A stretch of 64,000 bases of DNA, from positions 19,202 through 83,201 of the IMG/VR virus record IMGVR_UViG_3300046499_000680; one strand, given 5' to 3'. Below the pieces are notes generated by a model that saw only the letters and a program-made list of their open reading frames with translations, was not told the DNA's origin and did not search any database. Within the stretch, counting starts at the first letter, position 1, and every line of letters starts with the position of its first letter. A program made the translations under genes and the position numbers. Positions 10,199-19,875 of this stretch are shown in pieces. Origin of the DNA: a virus.

Positions 10199-10360
10199 AT
10201 GGGCGCCCGGAAGAAGCGACACACGCGGAAGAAGCGCCGCCAGGGCAACGCGGCGCTGAAGTTCGGCCCCGAGGCCAAGCCGCGTCACCAGCTTCTTTCC
10301 GGGCGCACCGGCAAGGCCCACTCGAAGAAGCTCCAGAGCAGACGACCGAGGAAGCAGTAG
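10199..10360 (+). CDS. Very basic small protein
   Basis: MGARKKRHTRKKRR...; fills the gap between two genes. Confidence 0.5.
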   Translation: MGARKKRHTRKKRRQGNAALKFGPEAKPRHQLLSGRTGKAHSKKLQSRRPRKQ

Positions 10361-10729
10361 ATGGAACGGAAACCCTTCAAAAAGAAGATGTGCGTGACCC
10401 ACCAGAAGGTTATCGCTACGTGGCCCAACACTAAGGGTACGAGTGAGACCAATCTGTATGAGATCACGGCGGTTGACGAGCATGGGCAGCCGATCACGGA
10501 GAAGCTGCGTTCGTTCGCTGAAGTGGAGCTAAACATCCTGATCGAGTACGACCTGGAGCCTTACTCGCATCCGCAGCATGGTGAGTCGTGGACGGTGAAA
10601 AAGCCACGCTCGAACACCACCCAGCGAGTCGGCCACCTGGAGAAGCAGGTCGAGGACCTGGGCGACCGGCTGTCGGCGGTCGAAGCCCAGCTCGCCAAGG
10701 TTGCCCCCACCCAAGAGAGGAGCTTTTGA
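10361..10729 (+). CDS. Hypothetical protein with C-terminal coiled coil
   Basis: Tiles the operon; TGA overlaps the next ATG. Confidence 0.7.
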   Translation: MERKPFKKKMCVTHQKVIATWPNTKGTSETNLYEITAVDEHGQPITEKLRSFAEVELNILIEYDLEPYSHPQHGESWTVKKPRSNTTQRVGHLEKQVEDLGDRLSAVEAQLAKVAPTQERSF

Positions 10730-11145
10730 TGGAGATCAAATGCAGGCCGATCTCGACCTTCCCCGAGGAGTTCAAGGCGGGGCGCATGGCGAGCAGCCCG
10801 TTTCGCAGCGGCTGGACGGCGACGATGGAATTGCTCGAACGGGAGTTGGACAAGCTCGGCGCGCGCGGCGCGGTCATCGAGCTGGCCCTGACCGAGCGGG
10901 AGATCAGGTTGGACGGCTGGCCGCGCGCCGAAGCCCGGCCGAGTCACCCCGGCGTCGTCATCAGCTTCGACTCCCGCCACGGGCCGCTCCGCTACGGCAC
11001 CGACGCCTTCCCCTACTGGCAGGACAACGTGCGCGCCATCGCGCTCGGCCTGGAGGCCCTGCGCAAGGTCGATCGCTACGGGATCGGCAAGCGCGGCGAG
11101 CAGTACCAGGGCTGGCGCCAGCTCGGCGGGCCGCCCTGGAGCTGA
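10729..11145 (+). CDS. Actinophage DnaJ-like family N-terminal domain, no J domain
   Basis: IRLDGWPR...HPGVVISF...WQDNVRAIALGLEALRKVDRYG...QYQGW; ends before any HPD motif. Confidence 0.65.
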   Translation: MEIKCRPISTFPEEFKAGRMASSPFRSGWTATMELLERELDKLGARGAVIELALTEREIRLDGWPRAEARPSHPGVVISFDSRHGPLRYGTDAFPYWQDNVRAIALGLEALRKVDRYGIGKRGEQYQGWRQLGGPPWS

Positions 11146-11149
11146 TCTG

Positions 11150-12406
11150 ATGTCGGCCGAGCCTGCGGCACTGAAGGAGGGCGGCGGTCAGGGGATCAAC
11201 CCCTCACACCTCGCCATCCTGGAGCGCTACGGCGGCAAGCGCGGTGCCCAGGCCCTCGCGCTGGTCAGCGCCGGGCAGCTCCTGTGGCCGATCGCGAAGA
11301 AGCTGCGCGAGCGGCTGAACGCCAAAGAGGACTACTCGATCACCGTCCCCGGCGTCGATCCGCTCTACCCCGACCTCCACGACTGGGTGCTGGAGCGCAT
11401 CCCCGCCGAGGAGCGGAAAGCGATGATCGCCTCCACCGAGACCGAGGGTAACTACGGCCCGGAGGGTGTGACCGAGAAACAGGAACTCCGGTTGCGATAT
11501 GACGGCACGCGCAAACAGGTCGTACGGCTCGACGCTCACCGGATCACCGTCGAAGTGCAGCGGGAGGAGGTGCCGGAACGGGTCAACCTGACCGACAACT
11601 GGCGCCGGTTCACCGAGAAGATCGTCTTCGTCGCCAGCTCGATCCAGGGCCGCGAAGCCATCGTGCAGATGATCGACGGGCTGCTCGCCGCCCGCAAAGG
11701 CGAGCCGGAGCCGCCCGCCCTCTACATGCCCGCGAGCTGGGGACCGGAATGGCGGCGCCGGGGCGACCTGCCGCCGCGCACGCTCGACAGCACGATCTTG
11801 AAGGAGGGCCAGCTAGAGCGGCTGGTAGAGGACCTGGGCGACTTCCTCGCCCGCGAGGAGGAATACGCCCGCTTCTCGCAGCCGTGGCACCGGGGCTATC
11901 TGTTCCACGGGGCGCCGGGCACCGGGAAGACGACGCTCGCGCGGGCGCTCGCCAACCACTTCGACATCCCGACCTATTACCTGCCGCTCGGCGACATCGA
12001 CAAGGACGCCGACCTGACCCAGTACGTCGCCGCGATCGCGCCCCGGTCGATCCTCCTGCTGGAGGACATCGACAACTTTCACTCGGCGACCGAGCGCAGC
12101 GATGACAAGGGCAAGGCATCCCTCGCCGCGCTGCTGAACGCGACCGATGGAGTGTGGACGCCGCATGGGCTGATAACCGTGATGACGACCAATCACCGCG
12201 AAGTGCTGGACGAGGCGCTGGTCCGGCCCGGCCGCATCGACGTGGAGGAGGAATTCACCGTCCTCGACTGGTACCAGGCCACCGGCATCGCTGACTTCTA
12301 TTGCAGCCTGGAGGGCTTCCAACCGCAGGAGTGGGAGGAGCAGCCGCCCGCCAAATTGATCGAGACCCTGATGCGAGAGAGAGGTAAGAAATGCGTGGCA
12401 TCCTGA
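11150..12406 (+). CDS. BCS1-like AAA+ ATPase
   Basis: RGYLFHGAPGTGKT, LLLEDID, LLNATDG, MTTN, LDEALVRPGRID. Confidence 0.88.
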   Translation: MSAEPAALKEGGGQGINPSHLAILERYGGKRGAQALALVSAGQLLWPIAKKLRERLNAKEDYSITVPGVDPLYPDLHDWVLERIPAEERKAMIASTETEGNYGPEGVTEKQELRLRYDGTRKQVVRLDAHRITVEVQREEVPERVNLTDNWRRFTEKIVFVASSIQGREAIVQMIDGLLAARKGEPEPPALYMPASWGPEWRRRGDLPPRTLDSTILKEGQLERLVEDLGDFLAREEEYARFSQPWHRGYLFHGAPGTGKTTLARALANHFDIPTYYLPLGDIDKDADLTQYVAAIAPRSILLLEDIDNFHSATERSDDKGKASLAALLNATDGVWTPHGLITVMTTNHREVLDEALVRPGRIDVEEEFTVLDWYQATGIADFYCSLEGFQPQEWEEQPPAKLIETLMRERGKKCVAS

Positions 12407-12516
12407 AACTCGTTGTCCGCGTCGCCGTTGACGCGATGATCCTGGACCTCTACCACTCCTTCGAGCGCGCGGTCCTCCGGCGCCTGAAGCACCGACAGGA
12501 GGAGTGGGGTGGCTGA
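12391..12516 (+). CDS. Small hypothetical protein (41 aa, not in ORF track)
   Basis: GAGG RBS; MRGILKLVVRVAVDAMILDL...; bridges neighbours. Confidence 0.45.
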   Translation: MRGILKLVVRVAVDAMILDLYHSFERAVLRRLKHRQEEWGG

Positions 12517-13480
12517 GACCTCGATCGAGTGGGCCACGGAGGTCTGGAACCCGTTCACCGGGTGCGATCGGGTCTCCCCCGGCTGCGCTCACTGCTACGC
12601 GGCCACCTCCGCCGCCCGCATCCAGAAACAGGAGCGCGGCCGGGTCAAGAAAGCTCGCGCTGAAGGCAAGCCCGACCCGAAGACGCGCTACCAGAACGAC
12701 GGGGACCCGCTGTCGAGCGGCCCCGGCTTCGGCTTCACCGTCCACTGGGACAAGCTGGAGGAACCGCCCCGGTTCAAACCCGGCGCCCGCGTCTTCGTCA
12801 ACTCGATGTCGGACGTGTTCCATGAGGAGGCGCCGGTCGAGGCCATCGCGAAGATGTGGCAGGTCTTCGCCGACCGCCCCGACGTGCAGTTCCTGGTCCT
12901 CACCAAGCGGGCGGAGCGGATGCAGTTCGTCCTCAGCGCCTGGGACGAGATCGACAAGGTGGAGAACCTGCCGCCGATCGGCCCGCTCCCGAACGTCTGG
13001 CTCGGCGTCACGATCGAGAACCGGAAGTTCGTCCACCGCGCTGACCTCCTTCGCGCCACCCCCGCCGCCGTCCGCTTCATCTCGGCGGAGCCGCTGCTGG
13101 GGCCGGTCCTCGACCACCATGAGCATGAGTGGGGGCTGATCTCCGAGGAGGACCCAGACGAAACGGAGCTGTGCGGGAGGTGCGGGCGCCAGCGCGATCG
13201 GGGCGGCATCCTCCGGGAACGCGCCTTCATCACCGGAGGCTGGCCGAACCCCGAACTCAACCTGGAGGGGATCGACTGGGTGATCGTCGGCGGCGAGTCG
13301 GGGCCTGACCACCGGCCGTTCGATGTGGAGTGGGCGCGGGCCATCTACAAGGACTCGCGCTCGACCGGGACGGCGTTCTTCTTCAAGCAGCTCGGCGGGT
13401 CGCATCCGGGCAACGAACTGAGCGAGCTTCCGGCTGGACTTCAGGTCCGCGAGTTCCCGCAACGGGAGTTGGTCGGATGA
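12509..13480 (+). CDS. DUF5131 / phage Gp37-Gp68 family (radical-SAM-like three-Cys motif)
   Basis: IEW...WNPFTGC..VSPGCAHCYA, FVNSMSDVFH, LTKR, NVWLG, SAEPLLG, WVIVGGESG, FFFKQ. Confidence 0.92.
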   Translation: MAETSIEWATEVWNPFTGCDRVSPGCAHCYAATSAARIQKQERGRVKKARAEGKPDPKTRYQNDGDPLSSGPGFGFTVHWDKLEEPPRFKPGARVFVNSMSDVFHEEAPVEAIAKMWQVFADRPDVQFLVLTKRAERMQFVLSAWDEIDKVENLPPIGPLPNVWLGVTIENRKFVHRADLLRATPAAVRFISAEPLLGPVLDHHEHEWGLISEEDPDETELCGRCGRQRDRGGILRERAFITGGWPNPELNLEGIDWVIVGGESGPDHRPFDVEWARAIYKDSRSTGTAFFFKQLGGSHPGNELSELPAGLQVREFPQRELVG

Positions 13481-13950
13481 TCTTCCAGGCCGATCTGGCT
13501 CGCTCGATCATCCGGGGCGACAAGCGCGCGACCCGGCGCCGCAAGGTCCCCGGCAAGCCGCGCTCGCCCTGGTACAGCCACCGCTGCTCCTACTCGGTCG
13601 GCCAGGTGTTCACCGTCAACCCCGGCCGTGGCATCGCCCGCGTCGCCGAGGCGAAGATCACCGCCGTCTACTCCCAGCAGCTCGGGCAGATGACGGAGAA
13701 AGACGCGAAGCTGGAGGGCTGCAAAAACCTGAAGCACTTCCGCGAAACGTGGAAGGCGATCAACAAGGTCTGGAATCCCGCCGAGGAGGTCTGGGTCATC
13801 GAGTTCGAGCTGGACGGCTCGACCTGCATGGGCTGCGACGGCTGCGGCTGGTGCGAGGGGTCGCCCGCGTTCCTCTGTGACGACTGCTACTCGACCGGCA
13901 TCGAGGTGACGGCGGCTGGTCGCGCGCTGATGGAGGCCGATGAATCTTGA
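13477..13950 (+). CDS. ASCH-domain protein with C-terminal CxxCxGxG zinc finger
   Basis: GDKRATRR, DAKLEG, VWVIEF; CMGCDGCG...CDDCYSTG. Confidence 0.75.
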   Translation: MIFQADLARSIIRGDKRATRRRKVPGKPRSPWYSHRCSYSVGQVFTVNPGRGIARVAEAKITAVYSQQLGQMTEKDAKLEGCKNLKHFRETWKAINKVWNPAEEVWVIEFELDGSTCMGCDGCGWCEGSPAFLCDDCYSTGIEVTAAGRALMEADES

Positions 13951-14194
13951 AGTCGTCAAACGCCAGTATCCCTGCCGCTGGTTCGCATCCGACCCGAAGT
14001 CAACGAAGTGTCGGTCGTGCCAGCTCCTTCACCACGTCCGGCCCGACGGCACCGACACGACCTACTGCGGGCACCTCTGCCTGGAGGAGAACGGCTGGTA
14101 CGTCCTCGCCGACACGCACCCCGAGGACATCGACCAGCTCCAGCGCTGCACGGTCTGTTACTCGCGGCTCCCAGAGCAGGAGACCATCCTGTGA
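13940..14194 (+). CDS. Cys-rich putative zinc-binding protein
   Basis: CRSC, CGHLC, CTVC; GGAGG RBS. Confidence 0.6.
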   Translation: MNLEVVKRQYPCRWFASDPKSTKCRSCQLLHHVRPDGTDTTYCGHLCLEENGWYVLADTHPEDIDQLQRCTVCYSRLPEQETIL

Positions 14195-14988
14195 GTAAGC
14201 GACCGAAGCCGCTGGTGGTCATCCCGACCTACCTGACCAACGAGGAGGGCCGTCAGGCCACGGAAGACGCGATCACGTCGGTGCGGAAAACCGCTGGCGA
14301 TGGGGTCGGCATCCTGCTCGTTGACGACGGTTCGCCCGAGCCGGACCTGATGACCGAAATCGAAAACATGCAACTGGAGTTCGAGGTACACAGGAAGTCC
14401 AAAAACTCTGGATTCAGCAAAACCGTCAACGTCGGATTGAGGCGCGCGTTGCAGGAAGGTCGCGACGCGGTGCTGATGAACGCCGACGTGGAGATCATCA
14501 CGCCGGGCTGGGTCCGGCAGTTCCGCTCGACCCAGGACCAAAGCTCCCAACCGGCGGCCGTCGTCGGTGCGCTCCTGCTCTACCCGAGCGGCTTGATCCA
14601 GCACGGCGGCGTCTACTTCTCCCTGCTCACCCGCACCTTCGACCACCTCTACAAGTACGGGCCGATGAACCTGCCGGAGGCGCTGAAGAAAAGCATCTGC
14701 CCGGTCACCGGGGCGCTCCAGTACATCCGCCACCGGACCCTGGAGACCATCGGCCTCTACGACGAGAGCTTCTACATGGGGTGGGAGGACGTTGACTACT
14801 GCCTTCGCGTCTTCGCGCACGGCGAGCAGTGCGTCTACAACCCCAACGTCCGCGCTTACCACTTCGAGTACATGTTCCGGGGCAAGCCTTCGCCGAAAAT
14901 TGCGGACTGGCAGGCGAAATCCTGGATGTACCTGTGCGAGAAGTGGAAGGATCAGAGCTTCAGCGACCTCGTTCCGACGATCTGGTGA
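14191..14988 (+). CDS. GT2-family glycosyltransferase
   Basis: VVIPTY, LVDDGS, NSGFSKTVNVG, MNAD, EDVDYCLR. Confidence 0.9.
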   Translation: MSKRPKPLVVIPTYLTNEEGRQATEDAITSVRKTAGDGVGILLVDDGSPEPDLMTEIENMQLEFEVHRKSKNSGFSKTVNVGLRRALQEGRDAVLMNADVEIITPGWVRQFRSTQDQSSQPAAVVGALLLYPSGLIQHGGVYFSLLTRTFDHLYKYGPMNLPEALKKSICPVTGALQYIRHRTLETIGLYDESFYMGWEDVDYCLRVFAHGEQCVYNPNVRAYHFEYMFRGKPSPKIADWQAKSWMYLCEKWKDQSFSDLVPTIW

Positions 14989-14999
14989 AAGGACAAGCG

Positions 15000-15719
15000 A
15001 TGCCGACCAACAAGAACTGGTGGGAATACGACGAGCTGCCCTCGGGGGAGCCGTACGACTGGGTAGGTCAGTCACACGGGGACTCCGCCGCCGCGCGCGG
15101 TGACTCGCCCTACGACAACCTCGACTTCCACCTCGACCTCGGCTGCGGCACCCTGCCCAAGGCCCGGCTGGGGATCGACCGCTTCCCCGGCAACGGGGTC
15201 GGGATGCTGCTGGACCTCGACGCGATGATCCCGGCGTCCTTCGGGACGCTGGACAGCGACGGCGAGAAGGTCCTTCAGCGCACGCTGGAAATGTTCAACC
15301 AGATGGCGCTCGGCGGCGAGCGGTTCACCACCGGCCTGCCGTTCCCGACCGGCTCGATCGAGTCGATCATCAGCCACCACATGATGGAGCATCTGAGCAG
15401 CCGGGGATTCATCGCCCTGATTGACGAGTGCCACCGCGTGCTGAAACCCGGCGGCATCCTGCGCGCGATCACGCCGCTGTTCCCGTCGCGGTCGGCGGTC
15501 GAGGACCCCGATCACAAGCTCTGGATCATGGAGGGGACGTTCGAGACCTTCTGCGGCGCCCCCGACGGCTCGCACTGGCACGAATCGTTCTCGCGGCCCT
15601 ACACCGAGAGCCGCTTCGAGATGGTGGACAAGGACTTCACCGCGCCCGTGTCGCCGGAGGAAGCCTGGGGCGACAACGACGTGCGGGAGATTCGCGTCGC
15701 GCTAAGGAAATACGAGTAG
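15000..15719 (+). CDS. Class I SAM-dependent methyltransferase (type 11-like)
   Basis: LDLGCG, LPFP, HMMEHL, RVLKPGG, EDPDH. Confidence 0.88.
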   Translation: MPTNKNWWEYDELPSGEPYDWVGQSHGDSAAARGDSPYDNLDFHLDLGCGTLPKARLGIDRFPGNGVGMLLDLDAMIPASFGTLDSDGEKVLQRTLEMFNQMALGGERFTTGLPFPTGSIESIISHHMMEHLSSRGFIALIDECHRVLKPGGILRAITPLFPSRSAVEDPDHKLWIMEGTFETFCGAPDGSHWHESFSRPYTESRFEMVDKDFTAPVSPEEAWGDNDVREIRVALRKYE

Positions 15720-16460
15720 ATGGACATATCCCTCCTGATAACGACGCACCAGCGCGCCCACCTGCTCGAACAGAGCCTGGACCGCCTGCTGGGGCTGACG
15801 TTGCCCGCCGAGCTGATCGTCGTGGACGACGGCGGCGACGACGCGACGCCGGAGATCGTCGCCGAGTTCGGCACCCGATCGGGAGTGGAGACCACCTACA
15901 TCTACACGCACAACCCCGGCGCCCAGCTCTGCTCGCACGCCCGCAACGTCGGGATCAAACGGGCGAAGTACGACTGGATCGTGACCTCGGAGCCGGAGCT
16001 GTGTTTTCGCACCGACGCGCTGGCGCAGTTCCCGGAACTCCAGTCGCGACATCCGAAGATGGTCATCTCGACCGGCCGAGTCTTCTTCGCCCCGGACGGC
16101 GCGGCGCCGGTCTTCGAGGGCGAGCCGGGCTGGGAGGTGGCCCACGTCTGGACCGCGCCGCACGCCGCGCTCTGGAAGCGGGAGTGGCTGCTGGCGGTCG
16201 GGGGCTGGGACGAGGGCTTCCCCGGCGCCTGGGGCTGGGATGACACCGACCTGCTGACCCGGCTCCGGCTCAGCGGCCACGGCCAGTACATCGCCCCGGA
16301 GATCGAGGCGGTCCACCTTTGGCATCCGCTCGGCGGCGACACCGACTCCCAGAACGAAGAATATTTCCGGGCAAGGTCGTTCATCGTTGACGAGTCAGAC
16401 CTGACCGATCTGGTCGCGAATAAGGAGGGGGAATGGGGAATCGCAAAACCCCGGCCGTAG
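15720..16460 (+). CDS. GT2 glycosyltransferase with galactosyltransferase-like C-terminus
   Basis: IVVDDG, ARNVG, GGWDEGF..WGWDDTDL, HLWH. Confidence 0.88.
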   Translation: MDISLLITTHQRAHLLEQSLDRLLGLTLPAELIVVDDGGDDATPEIVAEFGTRSGVETTYIYTHNPGAQLCSHARNVGIKRAKYDWIVTSEPELCFRTDALAQFPELQSRHPKMVISTGRVFFAPDGAAPVFEGEPGWEVAHVWTAPHAALWKREWLLAVGGWDEGFPGAWGWDDTDLLTRLRLSGHGQYIAPEIEAVHLWHPLGGDTDSQNEEYFRARSFIVDESDLTDLVANKEGEWGIAKPRP

Positions 16461-17128
16461 ACCCGGCCGAGAAGTTCTACGCCGACCAGCTTCAGGCGGA
16501 GGTCGATACCTGGTGCATCGAGGACGAGGACCGGCGCCATGAGAAGTTGCAGCGCGAGCGCATCCGGCATCCGAAACTGATCCGGGACCTCAAACTCGAC
16601 CAGCTCGACACCCACCTGATGGACGTGCTGGAGATCGGCGGCGGCCCCTGCCCGGTCACCGACCTGCTGGAGTTCGACACGCGGATGGTGGTCGATCCCA
16701 ACACCGACGACTATGCCCGCTACTTCCCCCTCAGCGAAACCGAACACTTCACGATGCGCGTGGAAGAAATGGGCGACGACTTCGAGGAGCGCTTCGACCT
16801 GATCGTCTGCACCAACGCGCTCGACCACGTTCAGATTCCGGTGGCGGCCGTGGACCGCATCCGCAAGATGGTGAGGCCCGGCGGCTACGTGGCGATCATG
16901 TGCGCCGAGAACAACGCACTCACCAACCCCCACCCCTGCCACACTCACAACCTGACGGCGAAGCAACTGCATCGCTGGTTGGACCCTGAGTTCGAGACCT
17001 GCTGGGAGTTGAACTTCGCCGAGCATGGTTACCGCTACGGGTGGGTGGAATACCAGGGCAAACGCGGCCAGCCAGCCTTCGCCTTGCTGATGCGCAACTG
17101 TGCTGGATACCCCGAGAGGAGACCCTGA
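16433..17128 (+). CDS. Class I SAM-dependent methyltransferase
   Basis: VLEIGGGP, VVDP, FDLIVCTNALDH, VRPGG. Confidence 0.82.
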   Translation: MGNRKTPAVDPAEKFYADQLQAEVDTWCIEDEDRRHEKLQRERIRHPKLIRDLKLDQLDTHLMDVLEIGGGPCPVTDLLEFDTRMVVDPNTDDYARYFPLSETEHFTMRVEEMGDDFEERFDLIVCTNALDHVQIPVAAVDRIRKMVRPGGYVAIMCAENNALTNPHPCHTHNLTAKQLHRWLDPEFETCWELNFAEHGYRYGWVEYQGKRGQPAFALLMRNCAGYPERRP

Positions 17129-17868
17129 TGTTTGCCACCGCCTGCGTCCTGAGCTACGAACGGCCCGACTTCCTCAAACAGTCGATCGAGACCATGATCG
17201 CGAACGCCGACTGGCCGCTGGAGATCATCGTCCACGACGACGGCTCCCGCGACCCTCGCGTCAACGCCCTGCTCCAAGCCCTCCTCGCTGAAGGGAAAGT
17301 CTCGACGGTGATGCTCAACGCCCCCGGCCACAACGAGGGCCAGGGCATCGCGCTCAACCGGATGTTCAACGCCGCGCAGGGCGACCCGATCATCAAGCTG
17401 GACCAGGACCTGGTTTACCAGCCGGGCTGGCTGCGCGAGTCGGTCCACGTCCTCGAAGCCAACCGGGCGCGGATGCAGGACCCGAACAACCCGCTGGAGG
17501 GCGAGCCTGCGATCGGCGCGCTCGGCCTGTTCCGGTACCCGGCCGAGCCGGTGCGCTACGAGGACATGTTCATCCAGCACTGGGGCGGCGAGTGGGAGGA
17601 GTGCAAGGATTTCGTCGGCTCGGCGATGGTCATCCCCCGCGATGCCTGGGAGGCATTCGGCCCCTTCGACCACCACTCCGACGCCTTCGCCGAGGACCGC
17701 GAATTCAAGATGAAACTGCGGACTGAAGGGCTGGCGCTGGCGCTCCCGAGCGGCGGCGATCTGGTCGTCAACGTCGGCTTCGGCGTCGGTCCGTCAACCG
17801 TCGTCGTGGACCACGGCACCGTCGCCGGAATCCACCACGGACCACACATCATCGGAGGAGGAGCATGA
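17128..17868 (+). CDS. GT2-family glycosyltransferase
   Basis: SYERP, IIVHDDGS, ALN, KLDQD, FAEDREF. Confidence 0.85.
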   Translation: MFATACVLSYERPDFLKQSIETMIANADWPLEIIVHDDGSRDPRVNALLQALLAEGKVSTVMLNAPGHNEGQGIALNRMFNAAQGDPIIKLDQDLVYQPGWLRESVHVLEANRARMQDPNNPLEGEPAIGALGLFRYPAEPVRYEDMFIQHWGGEWEECKDFVGSAMVIPRDAWEAFGPFDHHSDAFAEDREFKMKLRTEGLALALPSGGDLVVNVGFGVGPSTVVVDHGTVAGIHHGPHIIGGGA

Positions 17869-18800
17869 ACACTGCCGTCGTCATCCCGGTGGGGCCGGGC
17901 CGCCTGGAGAACCTGGTGCAGGTCCTTCGCTGCCTCTCCCAGCAGACCGTCAAACCCGATCTCGTCGCCGTCATCTGCGACGGCCCCGAGGCCGCCTTCG
18001 AGGTCGATGGCGCCTATGACATCCCGCTCGCGGTCCTCCAGTCGAGCAAGCATGAGCCGGGCGAGGAGCAGCCACGCAACATCGGCGTCCGGCTCGTCCG
18101 CGATCTGGAAGGCCAGGGCAACCAGACCTTCAGCCACGTCTGGTTCCTCGACAGCGACGTGATCGTGGGGCCTGACTGCCTGGAGATGTACGAGGCGGCG
18201 ATGCAGGCCGAGCCGATCGACCGAGTGATGGTCGGCCCCTACGACTGGATGCCGCCCGGCGTCCGCGAGCCGATGCCCGACCTGAAGAATGACCCGCGCT
18301 GGGTCAGCTTCGACACGCAGGAGCCGTGGGAGATGCTGCGCAACGATCTGTCTGCGGGGCTGGCCTGCTTCTCCGGCAACCTGATCTGGCCGATCGCGGA
18401 GTTCGAGCGGGTCGGCGGCTTCTGGAACGACCTGCACCACGGCCGCTGCGAGGACGGCGAGCTGGGCCTGCGCGCGGTCTCGATGCAGGTCCCGATCAGC
18501 TACGTCAAAGCCGCGCGGGGCTGGCACCTCTACCACGACTTCGACCCGGAGGTGGTAAAGGCTCGCAACGCCCGCGACGTGCCGATGCTCAACGAACGCC
18601 ATCCGTGGGTCGAGGGCGCCGGGCTGTTCGTGGAGGACGCCGACGGCAAACGGTTCTCGGTCAGATGTCCCAACTGCCGTTGCGAGTTCCCGTCGTCGCA
18701 AATCTGGGCGCACAAGGCCGACTGCATCACGCCCGGCGAAGACGAGCCGATCCCGGATGACGCACCTCGCGATTGGGGCGAGGGCGAGGGTCCGAAGTGA
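17865..18800 (+). CDS. GT2-family glycosyltransferase with C-terminal Zn ribbon
   Basis: VVIP, ICDG, RNIG, FLDSD, GGF...EDGELGLR, HLYH; CPNC. Confidence 0.85.
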   Translation: MNTAVVIPVGPGRLENLVQVLRCLSQQTVKPDLVAVICDGPEAAFEVDGAYDIPLAVLQSSKHEPGEEQPRNIGVRLVRDLEGQGNQTFSHVWFLDSDVIVGPDCLEMYEAAMQAEPIDRVMVGPYDWMPPGVREPMPDLKNDPRWVSFDTQEPWEMLRNDLSAGLACFSGNLIWPIAEFERVGGFWNDLHHGRCEDGELGLRAVSMQVPISYVKAARGWHLYHDFDPEVVKARNARDVPMLNERHPWVEGAGLFVEDADGKRFSVRCPNCRCEFPSSQIWAHKADCITPGEDEPIPDDAPRDWGEGEGPK

Positions 18801-19864
18801 ACGAGGAGCTGGACATCTCGCGCGACGTGCTATTCGTCGGCCTCGGGGCCTCGCCGGTCTGTTACTACCGGGCGATGCTCCCGGCGATGGCCCTCGGCGC
18901 CGACTGGATCGGGCTGAACGGCGAGCCGCCGAAACTGGGCTGGGCGACCGGCCTGGCGAAGGACGAGAACGGCGTGCCGCAGTCGGCGATGCCGGACCTG
19001 TTCCGCTACAAGATCGTCGTCCTCCAGCAGCCGCAGGGACCGAACTGGGTGAAGCTGATCCGTGGCCTGCGCGAGGCTGGGGTGAAAGTGATCTTCGAGA
19101 TTGACGACTACCTCCACGGGATCAAGCACCTGGAGGATCACGACTGGTCGGACAAGTTCGACAACGAGGTGCTGAATCGCTACGAGGAAGCGATGAAAGC
19201 GTGCGACGCGCTGATCGCCTCGACGGAGTGGATCAGGGGCAACTACTCCCACTTCAACAAGCACGCCTTCCTCTGCCAGAACGGCATCGACCTGGGCCGC
19301 TACAAACTCACTCGCCCCAAACGCGACACGGTGAACGTCGGGTGGGCGGGGGCGACCGGGCACCTGAAAGCCATCACCCCCTGGCTCCAGCAGCTCGCCA
19401 ACGTGATGCAGGCCAACCCCAACGTCAACTTTGTCAGCATCGGGCAGACCTTCGCCGACGGCTTCAAACCCCACTTTGGCGAGGAGCGGTCGGTGGCGGT
19501 GCCGTGGGCCGCGATCGAGCAGTACCCCAGCGCGATGACCATGTTCGACATCGCGCTGGCGCCGGGCGGCTCCGGCGGCTGGTGGCGCGGCAAGTCCGAC
19601 CTGCGCTGGCTGGAGGCGGGCGCCCTCGGCATCCCCATCATCGCCAACCCGGAGGTCTACCCCGAAATCGAGGACGGCGTGACCGGCATGTTGGCGCGCA
19701 ACCCCGAAGACGTGGCGGAAAAGCTGTTCGGCCTGATCGGCGACAAGAGGCTGCGAGAGAAGGTCGGCGAGCAGGCCCGCGAGTTCATCACCGAGAACCG
19801 GAGCATGAAACAGGTCCGGGAGCAGTGGGTGCAGGCGTTTATGGCCGTCGTCAGCGCTGAGTAA
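18797..19864 (+). CDS. GT-B fold (GT4-like) glycosyltransferase
   Basis: YYR, FEIDD, NGID, VGWAG, FDIALAP, KSDLRWLEAGALGIP, DGVTG. Confidence 0.88.
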   Translation: MNEELDISRDVLFVGLGASPVCYYRAMLPAMALGADWIGLNGEPPKLGWATGLAKDENGVPQSAMPDLFRYKIVVLQQPQGPNWVKLIRGLREAGVKVIFEIDDYLHGIKHLEDHDWSDKFDNEVLNRYEEAMKACDALIASTEWIRGNYSHFNKHAFLCQNGIDLGRYKLTRPKRDTVNVGWAGATGHLKAITPWLQQLANVMQANPNVNFVSIGQTFADGFKPHFGEERSVAVPWAAIEQYPSAMTMFDIALAPGGSGGWWRGKSDLRWLEAGALGIPIIANPEVYPEIEDGVTGMLARNPEDVAEKLFGLIGDKRLREKVGEQAREFITENRSMKQVREQWVQAFMAVVSAE

Positions 19865-19875
19865 GGTCCAGGGCC

